Shown here piece after piece: positions 23,301 through 34,025 of a DNA stretch of 64,000 bases. The notes under the pieces were generated by a model. That model had not been told where the DNA came from. It was given only the letters and a program-made list of their open reading frames with translations, and made no database searches. Source of the DNA: Spirogloea muscicola (taxonomy: Eukaryota); contig WELB01000027.1 in NCBI GenBank assembly GCA_009602725.1, positions 829,121 through 893,120 of the forward strand, given 5' to 3'. The position numbers and the translations under genes are program-made. Numbering within the stretch: position 1 is the stretch's first letter; each line of letters opens with the position of its first letter.

Positions 23301-26300
23301 TCCTGTAAGCATGCTACCAATGCTAAAGCCTAAACCCCAGACCCTTAGATTTCCCGCAGTGACAATTACTGCATCAGAATGAAGCACGTACATGCCTATG
23401 CCATATTTTGTCCCCCACAAAGGCAGCTTAGAGTGATAGTTCGGACACCTATACTCTGCCAGCCTCTCACAGGCAGACTGTGTGATAAGCAGCTTTGGCC
23501 AGCATGTATGTTTACCATGGACCTTGTCACACCGATGCACCTGACAACATCATGAGCCCTACCGCTAAATGTCACTGATGTCTCTATAGACAGCTGACAC
23601 ATGCCATTAGTTACGTGGCAGTGACGCCTCTCGGAACAACCTGACTGAGCAGCCGTTTCCTTCTTATGTGACTGGCCTCACAAACCTGCAGTTGCTGTAT
23701 GTTCACACACTATAATGGACCCCGCAAGTGCTAGTCTTGCGGGCAGTGGTGGCTATGGACTGTCTGGCCGAGTGCTTGTCAATCTTGTTGTCCAAAGCAG
23801 GGCCACCCTAGACATTGAGAAATGCTGTTTCACCTGGCCATTGAGCAGGCTGAGCGTCTCATTGCAGGATACTCAATGGCAACAAATTCAATGGAACAAT
23901 ACCAGCAAGTCTTGGGACAAGCCTCAAGAAGTTGACTTTGTTGTAAGTGGTGATCCTTTCCAACTCAATAGAGTCACGATACTGCTGTTGTTTGTTTCGT
24001 CTTTGGTTTGCATGCCATTGTAAGTGCCGTTTCTGTACCAAGGTGTTAGGCATTTTGTTTACCCCTCAATTTTTGAAACACCAAGCAACATAAGTACTCA
24101 CAATGCTGAGAAAATACTTCTGCCCTGCAGGCGCTTAGATGACAACCGCCTTCAGTGGAGCTTCCCCATGTCACTGATTCCCCTGATAAACATCACAGCT
24201 CTCAAGACACACAGTGTGGCCTCAAATTACCTTACCGGCATGCAGCCCAATATCACAGCCAAGGGGGTGTTCCCCAACTTCACAAAGAACTGCTTTGGCT
24301 TCACTACAGGCGGTCACATGCCTAGTGCAGGCCAGAGGGCGAATGTTGAGTGTCAGCTATTCTATGGTGTTCCTGTGCCACCACCACCTTCTCGCCGCCG
24401 CCACCTCCACCATCCCCACCTCCACCACTTGGTAATCGTCCAGCACTCACAATTGCAAGGTGTAGCCAGAGGTGCACCAGCTCTACAAACAGGTCCTGGC
24501 CTTCTAATCTGCATGACATGGCAGCTCCCTCACTTTGTCGTGTCTTGGCAGCTGAGTGCACCACAGAAGGAAGTACTACAGAATGCCCCAATGATGTAGA
24601 TTTTTCCAATTCCGACTGTGCTTCCGTTGTATGCAGGTGAGCAAGGACTTCTCTTCACATGTATATCACAAATAAATATGATTTATGCTTGACGTGTGCA
24701 TATATTGCTAGCATAACCCAGACCGTAGCAGCTCAAAGCAGGCCCTCTGGGAATGGCTCCTTATGAAGACCTGACCTCTGTGTGCGCATGGTGCTGCAGG
24801 AGTGGGATATGCGTGCATGTCTTCCAGCCTGCACAAAGTCCTTGCAGAAACTACCCCGCATGTTACCCACTTGTTTGGCGTGATGATCCTCAGTTCTGCC
24901 AGCAGGAGCTTTCTTGTGATGGGTACTTGACTGCCTTTTACTCGACGCGCAGACATGCAAGCAGGCTTGATAAGACTTGCTTAGCACGTGGATGTGATGA
25001 GCAACAGAAGGGCTGTGGCTATGTGCTCAGCCGTCTTGCCATGCTTTAGTACAAGGAATGAGTGATCCATTTGACAAACCACTTATGCACGTCGTGGAAC
25101 AAAGGATGCCGTGTCAAAAGGTTGGCCGCAAGCTTGCAGAATGGACCAGTGTTTTCCCTGAGTTGCTAGGTGTTCTCTGAGGTGGAGTCGACTTCCACTT
25201 ACAGGAGTGGATGAAAAGTATTGACAGGTTCATCCGTCTGCTGCAGGAAGGGGAATTGCGTGACACAGCAAGCAATCGATGGTGCCCTCTGTTCTGGAGC
25301 TTTTGACCAATGCCAAGATCATCTGTGCAGGTTGTTCATAGCAAATGCAGCATCTCATCCCACTGCGACATTGATGTCATGTTGCAGTACTTTGCCATGT
25401 CCCTTTGCAAGTCACATGTGACTTGTAGCCATGTGTACGAGTCTAGATTGATCATCATTCATTAACGTGGCAGCCTGACCATGAAGAGATGTGCTTGTCC
25501 ATGTAACTTCACTTCTGTTTGTCTGCAGGAATGGCACTTGCACAGCCTTTCCACATCCTGGAAGACCGTGCAAGAATGCTTTTCCATCGGATGGAATCTT
25601 CAGTGGAATCCTGGTTGTTACCATCTTACTTGCAACAGGTAAAAACAGATGCTACTACCAAGCATGAGCTTGTAGTGTGCTTCGACACTCCCCTCATCAC
25701 ATCATCAGCACACATCCGATGCCATGTCGTGGCGAAGGTCTCAAAGCTCTGTGTAGGTCAGATCCTGGATGCTTCTACAATCTCATGTAAGTACTTCCAA
25801 CAGGCTAAACTCAATTTCGACTGTTCTGTTACTTCTGTCATGCTGCGTCGTGCGGAGGTGAGCAGCAGAGTGCTTACTGATGATCACTGTGGTTCTCTCT
25901 GCTCAGCACTGGGGGCTGCTATACAGTTGTCTTTGCAAACAATGAGACCTTGTGCAACTCTACCTCTCTGCCAAACTGCAAGACAAACTACTGCAGGTGC
26001 TGCTCCACTCCCTTCCTTTCATGTCATTTGCTTTTTTCTCCTATCCTTGATATCGATTGGCAGCAAGTATTCGGGCATCAGATAGAGCCCTTTGTGCTGA
26101 CTCGTGGTTACTGAGCGGGTCAGCTTAGCAGCAGGTGATGTATATATGTCAATGTGCTTGCCTTTGTACGTGGCCACACGGGCCGTCCATCACTTACTTT
26201 CCACTCCACTGCTTAAGGAGCTAGTAGAATCACGCTACATGAGAAAGGCAATCTGGTCCCATTGGCAAAGACAGGAATTGAGCTAGCTCTGGAAAACGGT

Positions 26301-27406
26301 ATCACATTGCAGTGGGACTGGCTTCTGTGGTACTCAAGTATACACCAGCCCAGACAACACATCGTGCTCAAGCCAGTGCATGGAGAAAATTTGCAAGTTG
26401 GTGAGAGCGACTCCACTATTCTTGTCCAAATTGTCAAATTGCAGAGTACTGGATGCAGAGGCTTCGTATCTTAGATGACATTTGTATACATCTCCAGCCT
26501 TACGCTTCACGATTTTGCTGAAACATATGGCAGTCTCTCTGCTCAACCTTAAGTCAATCCTCGACTCTGAAAATCGTCTTACAGGGAAGGAGTCTGCACA
26601 GCAATCAAGAACAAGCCAGACCACATTCTCTGCGACACATTTGATAGGGGAGCCTCACCTCTTGCAGACCCCAACCATCCAGGCTATGATTACAACACAG
26701 AGCCCCCACCAGTTTATGATTACTACGATCATGACCACGAGTGTGTCTCACTGGGATGCTAGTAAGTTCTTCTATCCTACAAGCAGTCCACTAACAGGGA
26801 GAGCAAGGCTTCAACTCTTCGGCTAATGAAAGCTGTGGTGAATTCTGCTATTGAATCTCTTCCGAGCCAGGGAATACACCACTTTCACATGCATCAGGAT
26901 GGCTACAATGCCGTGTGACAGAGAAGCATAGTCCTGGAAATGGGTTGTTGGAAACTACGGCCATGCTTTTGCTCTCCACACAGACTGCACATGCAAGGCT
27001 TCAATGGAGTAGCAAGCGCAGCTGGAAGGTGCTCCTATCCAAGTAATCCCAGAGACCTCACGAAATCATTGCAAATTTATTGTGGTGCAGTCAGGGCTAC
27101 TGTGTGGGGCGAGGTTACCTGCCAAAGGGCACAACATGTGGCGACAGATATGAATGTGGAGAGAATCGTGCTGGCGTATGTTGCACTCGTTGTGACGGCC
27201 AAGGTCACTGCTCCTATGAAGGGAGTGCTGGAAATTACTGCTCTTTCTGTGGTTTTAAAGGATATTATGCATGTGATCCAGACGGACATTGCGAGTCAAA
27301 TCCTTATGGTTGTGGCTGTACTGCAAGTGGCTACTGTCAGGCACTGACCTCCTTGCCTCAGTCTCCCAACGGTTACCAATATAGTGGTCATACGCTTCCT
27401 AGCTAG
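20387..27406 (+). pseudogene. Secreted LRR protein with cysteine-rich repeats, right (inverted) copy, frameshifted
   Basis: MAVAPAALALLLAA. LRRNT DAPLRDFKQ..LATWKGTDPCANC..CAWYGITCD at ~21467-21626. LRR exons start at ~21747, 22005, 22336, 22726, 23054, 23235, 23621, 23867 and 24131. The last exon is Cys-rich (27080-27406). Frameshifts at ~22751 and ~24392. Confidence 0.8.
26051..26215 (+). mobile_element. Family A 3' end inserted in an intron of the right LRR copy
   Basis: TGTGCTGACTCGTGGTTACTGAGCGGGTCAGC... The site is empty in the left copy at ~9300-9320. Confidence 0.85.
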
Positions 27407-28089
27407 TTGTGCCACCTGTATGGCTATGTTGTATACTGCCATACAGATGCTGTATTCAAAGCCCGCAGTGCCCTATACCAAGAAGACCTCATGAAGGTCT
27501 TTGCTTGGACAATATAGGCCTAAGCCTACAGAAAGCAAGCAAACAAGCTTGGAGCAATTGCTTCAGTATTGCGGCAAATGCTCTTGCAACAAAAACCGAA
27601 GCATAAGCGCAAGCAGCTTTGCAGTCAGTGCCGAAGTCTGTCAATGCTGCACCCAGAAATGATTCTGCATTTCTGGGCTAGGGAAGGTCTATCTGCCTGT
27701 TCACAGGTGAATGCAATATCTACCACGTGACTGGACTGAAGAGTCTGGAACTTTTTCGGCTCAGCATGGACCACCTTAGCACAGGGTCCATGAGTGTGAG
27801 GACTGCCTGAGCAGAGCAGCGCCACTGCTGATACAAGCAAACAATCTCATCAAAGCAGTATTGGCGTTCAGCCATGTCACATTCCGACCGGTTGTTTACG
27901 CCAAACGGTGCTGGTAACGCTACATGTAGCTGTCGGCAAGTTCACGGAAATGGAAAAGGTACCAAAGCCGCTAGCCGCTTGACGGGGAAAAGAAAGCGGC
28001 TGCTGATATGAAAGAATCGGCTGTGAAATGCCAGCCAGATGCATACAGGTGTTCATGACGGAGCCAAAGGCTAGGCAGACAGGGCGCCC

Positions 28090-28960
28090 TCAATACCCCC
28101 GTGTCAGCAGTAGGAAGTCAGATGAGCTGAGGGGAGGAAGAGCAACCCCGCTGCGCAAGCCAGAGGCTGCTGCAAGGGCGCGACCAGCGCGGCGGTGCAA
28201 AGCAAGCGCTTGGGAGCGCTGCAGGGACATAGACAGTCGCATACGGTAGCAGGACACCAGACCCAAAGGCACCGAGCCACCGGGAAGGGCAGCACCCTGC
28301 TCCCGGCGCCGCTGGTCAGCTTGAGAGGCCAGCAGCGAAAGTAACGAGGACCACCGACCCCCGTAACACCCATGGATGTCCATGGCCAGGGGGTAAAAGG
28401 TATCACCCGCCGGGTGGTCCTTGTACTTGTGCAGCTTCTTCCGTTCGGCTACCTTCACAGCGTAGCCGGTCTCAGAAGTAATGGGGCCCTTCGTCCGGAA
28501 GCTGTCGGTGAGGACAACGTCCATGAGGAGCCGCTTGCCACCTCCCAGGGGGACGCCGACCAGATCGACACGCCTCGTCCGAGGGACCCCATTGCGGAGG
28601 AGGATGGGCATCACCCCAGTGCTCTCCAACGCCACTTGATATCCCGCCTCCTTGACGATGCCATACATGGCGTCACGTAGGAGGTTGTGGGAGCCCGTGC
28701 GCTCACTGCCTTTGGCACACCTGAGCATGTGGTCACCCATGAGCAGGAAGAAGCCCGCCCAGGCGCGGGCGGTTTCACAGCCCCCTCTGCTAATATCTTT
28801 GACATCAGCAGCCGCATTCCTTCACACTCACATTCCTCGCCAGGCCCCGCCCGTGCCACAGCCCCCCGGGAGGTGTGGTGGCACGGGAGAAGCAGGAAGC
28901 GCGGCCAGACTCACTGGTGGCTGGGAAAGGCCAGCCCAAAAGAATGGACAAAGTCTGAAA
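28090..28960 (-). mobile_element. CRE-like family E zinc knuckle plus endonuclease fragment, preceded by a family C terminus
   Basis: CECE..HMLRC..SHNLLRD..RRVDL..LMDVVLT..KLHKY..FYPLAMDIHG..YRMRLSMSLQRSQALAL..SDFLLLTRGY*. Confidence 0.9.
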
Positions 28961-28989
28961 GGGAGAAGCAATACAAGTCTTTGGCCGAG

Positions 28990-29313
28990 ACCCGGCCTGG
29001 TATTTCGGACCGGTGAAGGCCGAGAGCAACCTTGCCTGCTGCCTGCCTGCCGCAGCCGCCGTCGCAGCTTGCTGCGGGCCTGCTGCGGAGAGTCCGTGGC
29101 GCTTTCCCTCGGGGACAGCTTCCCGGCTTGTGCCTAATAATTGGATTCGCGGCCTGACAGCGGCGCCACAGGGCCAGTCTTACGCTACACAGATGCGCGC
29201 GTGCTTCGCGGTGTAGAGGGTTGGCTCCCAAACCCCTACAGCCGAACCCAACAAGGACAAGGACTCAACAAGGGCAACGCACCTTTGATTGCTTGTAGGG
29301 GCAGGTTGTTACA
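28990..29313 (-). mobile_element. Partial LTR related to the solo LTR at 32766-33311, in opposite orientation
   Basis: The reverse complement starts TGTAACAACC and aligns with 32815-33030 (TTCGGCTGTAGGGGTTT..GTGGCGCCG..CTTCACCGGT). Confidence 0.7.
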
Positions 29314-32300
29314 GGCCAAGTAAGATACATTGGTTGCCAGGGGTGAACAATGGCATGTTGCAGTGATAAGCACACTCACCTGTATGAGTGTTCAATGAGG
29401 TGTGTATGCAGTGTAACGATGTTGACATGTCCAGAATAGTCAGTGCAGCAGGGAAAGCTTGACAAATGCCTGGAGACTAGACACCTCATCCGGCTGACAA
29501 TGAATTGACTGTCAGTGTCGCAGGAAACTGGTGCTGGCGCCGGTACGGCGACGGGAGGCGGCAGCTGTGCTGACTACCTTGGCGGCATCGCTAGCGGTCG
29601 TCAATGTTGACGTGGACCACGCGGACAATCACTGCCACTCCGACGGTGTCAGTGCCCGGTCAATAGCTACTGATAGTCTGTTGTCCACATCAACATTGAC
29701 GACCGCTTTCGACGCCGTCAAGGTAGTCTACAACGCTGCCGCCTCCCATTGCCGTACCAGCGCCAGCACCAGGCTGTCTCGCGCGGCACGACTCCGGGTT
29801 GCGCCGCTCTCAGCTCGAGGAAGGGATAAATTCCCCCAGTCGTCAGCTTTGAAGAATCCCGTCTCCAGGCATATGTCAAGCCTCTCCTGCGGCACTGACA
29901 GCCTAGTCATTGTCAGCCAAATGAGGTGTCTAGTCTCCAGGTATCTGTCAAGCCTTTCGTGCGGCACTGACATCCTAGTGATGGATATATCGTTACATCC
30001 AGGGTTGATAGAGAAACAGCGTGGCTTGTTTAGATACCACGAACACCATGCAAAGTCATACTTCAATCCAACGTGTTGTTTTCCCATCTACTTATGGGCT
30101 CATCATTTTTGCGACGTCGAGTGTCAGCTTGTCTGCAGCGAGCTCAGGCTCATGCGTTGCATCAGAAAGCTGGTCGAGCCTTGGCTGGTAGTTCAAGAGC
30201 TTGTCGATTGCCGTCCGGTATTCGAGCATCAGTTAGCGACCTCTATGTGCTGACTCATGGTTACTGAGCGGGTCAGCTTAGCAGCAGGTGACGTACATTT
30301 GTCAATGTGCTTGCCTTCTTACTTGGCCACACATGGCCTTCCCATCTCTTAATACACACGTTTTCGCTCGCTGCAGGGAAAGAAAGAGCGCGCCCAAAGG
30401 GATGGACAAAGTCTGAAGGAGACGGATGGTGCAGAAGGCAAGGTACAAAGGTGAAGCGCGGCCTGCAAGGAGTTTATGGGCTGGCATTTTCTAGTGCGTT
30501 AGGAGTCTGTGACCGGCTTGCCTCGGCAATTCTCCGCTAATTTCCTCATAGCATTTTCAGGCCCGTTCGTAGCTGCTTAGCGCTTTAGGCCCCTCGGTCG
30601 ACTTTTTTTCCCCCAGTCATTTGCACCCCTTGGAACCTTTGTCACTTCTTCTCGGGCTGGCTTTTTACAGCCCTTGCCCGTCGACGTCGACGTACATGGC
30701 GCCTTTGGCACCAAATTGCTTGACCTGCTTCACCCCCTTGTGCGGCGAGCAGCGGCCCGCAGCCATGGGCAGCAGGGCGAGCAGCCTGGCTTCAATGTCG
30801 CCGGGTCCTTAGCTCAAGTCTTCCGGATGCGCTTGGCCATCTCTTTGCAGCGGTCCCTTGCCTTCGCGGTTCACTTGCGCGCAGGCCGCGCTTTGGCACA
30901 CAATGAAACAAAGCAGCTACGAATCACTCAGTAACCCCTGCTAAGCAGCCGCAGATCAGAGATGCTAGGCTCCTGGAAGTGGGTCCCCTGGCCAGAGCCA
31001 GAGGCAGCAGCGAGGGCTCTGCCGGCACAAAGGTGCAGCGCGCGGGCCATAGACCTCTGCAGCGAGACGGCCAGGCGCGTACGATACACTTGTGCCAGCG
31101 ACCCGGCTGCAGGAAGTCTACCGGCTCCCCATGAAGCGACGGGCGGTGGTGTGGCGGGCGAGCTGGGTGAGCAGCTCGAGCCACCGAGCGCCCAGCGCCA
31201 CATGGGTGTCAACTGCCAACGGGAAGAACTCGTCTTCCCGCGGATGGTCGGCGTACTTGAGCTCTTTAGCCCGAGCGGCGCAGGCGACCGCATACCCAAC
31301 CTTGGTGGCACATTGGGCTGGGTGTGCGGTCGTACGCGTAGGTGGTCAGCTCGTCCAGGAGAAGACGTGGCCCGCCGGCCTGTGGGGTGGCCACCAGGTC
31401 TACGCGACGGGCGTGGAGACTGTCGGCCCACATTATTCTTTGGGCTGGCTTTTCCCAGCCACCAGTCAATCGGGCCGCGCTTTCGTTTCCAGCCCCTATC
31501 CTTAATGGGCGAGCACTTTCTTCTTTTGGCGGCGGCCTCCGGCTTCCGTCAGGGCGATTTCTTTCCGCCTGCGAGCTACTCGGGGCGCTGGGCGCTGGGC
31601 GCTGCTCACCCAGCTCGCCCGCCACACCATCGCCCGTCGCTTCCATGGGGAGCCGGTAGACTTTCCTGCAGCCGGGTCGCTGGCGCAAGTGTATTGTATG
31701 CGCCTGGCCGTCTCGCTGCAGACTATGGCTATGGCCCGCGCGCTGCACCTTCGTGCTGGCAGACAGTGCTCGCCCATTGAGAATAGGGGCCGGAAAAGCC
31801 AGCCCAAAAAAGAATCAACGAAGGACGAGACGGGGGCCAGGGGAAGCGCTAAGTAAAACAAGCACACAAATTATCAAAGCAGAGCCCTCGCTGCTGCCTC
31901 TGGCTCTGGCCAGGGGACCCACTTCCAGGAGCCTAGCATCTCTGATCTGCGGCTGCTTAGCAGGGGTTACTGAGTGATTCGCAGCTGCTTTGTTTCTTTG
32001 TGTGCTTGTTATCCTTAGCACTCCCCCTGGCCCCCTTCTCGTACTCTGTTCATTCTTTTTTGGGCTGGCTTTTCCAGCCCCTACCCTCAATGAGAGAGCA
32101 CTTTCTTCTCCTTGCTGATGTCTTAGCACTCCGGCTTCTTCAGCCGGAGCCAACCTTTTGGGTTGGCTTTGCCAGCCCCTCTTCTCCATATGGCGGTGCA
32201 CCGCCTCCTCGGCCTCCACCCACCCTGCCTCAGTGGAGTACAGCAGCGTGAGTACGGAGAGCGCGGTCCCGGCCCGGCATCGCTGGCAGCTCACATGCTC

Positions 32301-32629
32301 AGGTGCGCATGGGGCGGGGAGCGGACAGGAACACACGACCTGCTGCGGAATGCCATGTTTGGCATCTTTGTCGAGGCCGGTTATGCGGTGGCGCTCGAGA
32401 ACACCAGCGTCATGCCTCCTTAGCATCTCCGACCTGCGGCTGCTTAGCAGAGGTTTCTGAGTGATTCGTAGCTGCTTTGTTTCTCTGTGTGCTTGTTTTT
32501 CTTAGCTTCCCCTGGCCCCCTTCTCGTACTCTGTTCATTCTTTTTTGGGCTGGCTTTTCCAGCCCCTATTCTCAATGAGCGAGCACTTTCTTCACCTCCG
32601 ACCGCTGGGGCGGATGGACGCATCCGCCC

Positions 32630-34025
32630 CAGGCTGCTGCCGCCATGTCTCCAGGGTGTGCGTCAATGTGAGTGTGGCGAGCGTGGGACCGAGCCTGGAG
32701 AGCTGGCTGCTCATGTTCTGCGCTGTTCCCACGGCGGAGAGCGGACAGCGGCCCACGACCGCCTCTGTAAGGAACCTCGCCCTACACACGCAGTTAGGGT
32801 GAGCAGTCCTTCTTGAGTTCGGCTGTAGGGGTTTAGGGACCAACACACTACACTGCAAAGCACTAGCGCATAGGCGCAGCGGAAGACAGGCCCCGTGGCG
32901 CCGCCGTCCGGCGGCGACTCCACCTCCTGGGCGCAGGCCGGCGCAGCAGGGCCCCGCAGCAAGGTGCGGCGGCGGCTGCGACGGCGAGCAGCGGCAAGGC
33001 TGCTCCTGGGCTTCACCGGTTCGAACACCCTCGAGCCTCAGCCCCAAGGCTCTTCGTGCTTTCCTGTGCCACCCCCGCCTCCCGGGGTGTGAGCGGGTCG
33101 CCCCATGGCCTGCCAGACGGCGGGCCAAAGATCCTCCCTTGAACGGGCGGATCCTGGCGAGGAGTATTTCCGGACGGGCTGGACCCGTCTCTGGGCGGGC
33201 CACTTTGCCGGCAAGCCAGCCCGCCACCTGGCGGGCCCACTTGTCCCAAATAGCCGGTCATGTAACGCAAACAGAGCCACGTGGCTTAACCAAACGGCCT
33301 GGTTCATTACAGCCTCCGCGACGTAATGCATGGCATCCTGTTGGAGGCTGGTTTCTCCGTGGCAGCAGAGCATTCCGGAATCATGCCAATCCAGCACAGG
33401 GCCGACGGTCTCCACGCGAGGCGTGTAGACCTGGTGGCCACCCGACAGGCCGGCGGGCCACGTCTTCTCCTGGACGTGGTGACTACTGATGCCTATGACC
33501 GCTCACACCCAGCTAACTGTGCCACCACGGCTGGGTATGCGGTCGCCTGCGCTGCTCGGGCCAAAGAGCTGAAGTACGCGGATCATCCGCGGGAAGACGA
33601 GTTCTTCCCGTTGGCCATCGACACACATGGGGCGCTGGGCGCTCGGTGGCTCGAGCTGCTCACCCAGCTCGCCCGCCACACCATCGCCCGGCGCTTCCAT
33701 GGAGAGCCGGTAGACTTCCCTGCAGCCGGGTCGCTGGCGCAAGCGTATCGAATGCGCCTGGCCGTCTCGCTGCAGAGGTCCATGGCCCGGGAGCTGCACC
33801 TTCGTGCCGGCAGAGCCCTCGCTGCTGCCTCAGGCTCTGGCCAGGGGACCCACTTCCAGGAGCCCAGCATATCTGATCTGCGGCTGCTTAGCAGGGGTTA
33901 CTGAGTGTCTCGTAGCTGCTTTGTTTCTGTTTCTTAGCGCTTCTCCTGGCCCCCTTCTCGTACTCTGTTCATTCTTTTTCGGGCTGGTTGTTCCAGCCCC
34001 TATTCTCAATGGGCGAGCACTTTCT
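32630..34025 (+). mobile_element. Best-preserved family B copy (CCHC plus endonuclease ORF end and full 3' UTR), interrupted by a solo LTR
   Basis: Removing 32766-33316 restores AAHDRL|RDVMHGILLEAG...EPSISDLRLLSRGY*. The UTR ends GGGCGAGCACTTTC. No RT domain is present. Confidence 0.9.
32766..33311. mobile_element. Solo LTR, 546 bp
   Basis: Termini TGTAAGGAACC...GGTTCATTACA (TG..CA, 11-bp inverted repeat with one mismatch). 5-bp TSD GCCTC at 32761-32765 and 33312-33316. The empty site is visible in the copy at ~16180-16195. Confidence 0.85.

Larger units (their letters stand above)
8030..27412. repeat. ~7-kb inverted (head-to-head) duplication: arms ~8030-14955 and ~20340-27412
   Basis: Exons and introns align in reverse complement throughout, e.g. 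13809-14030 vs 21420-21648 and 10860-11235 vs 24126-24515. Confidence 0.95.

Noticed and set aside
29861..29980. Two-copy repeat with 72-bp period and ORF 29728-30087(-)
   Set aside because: A simple local duplication with no recognisable protein.
32815..33310. 5' UTR with an HDV-like ribozyme and N-terminal zinc finger of a CRE element
   Set aside because: No HDV L3 or J4/2 core and no hammerhead core were found. The segment is bounded by TG..CA and a 5-bp TSD, so it is an inserted LTR.
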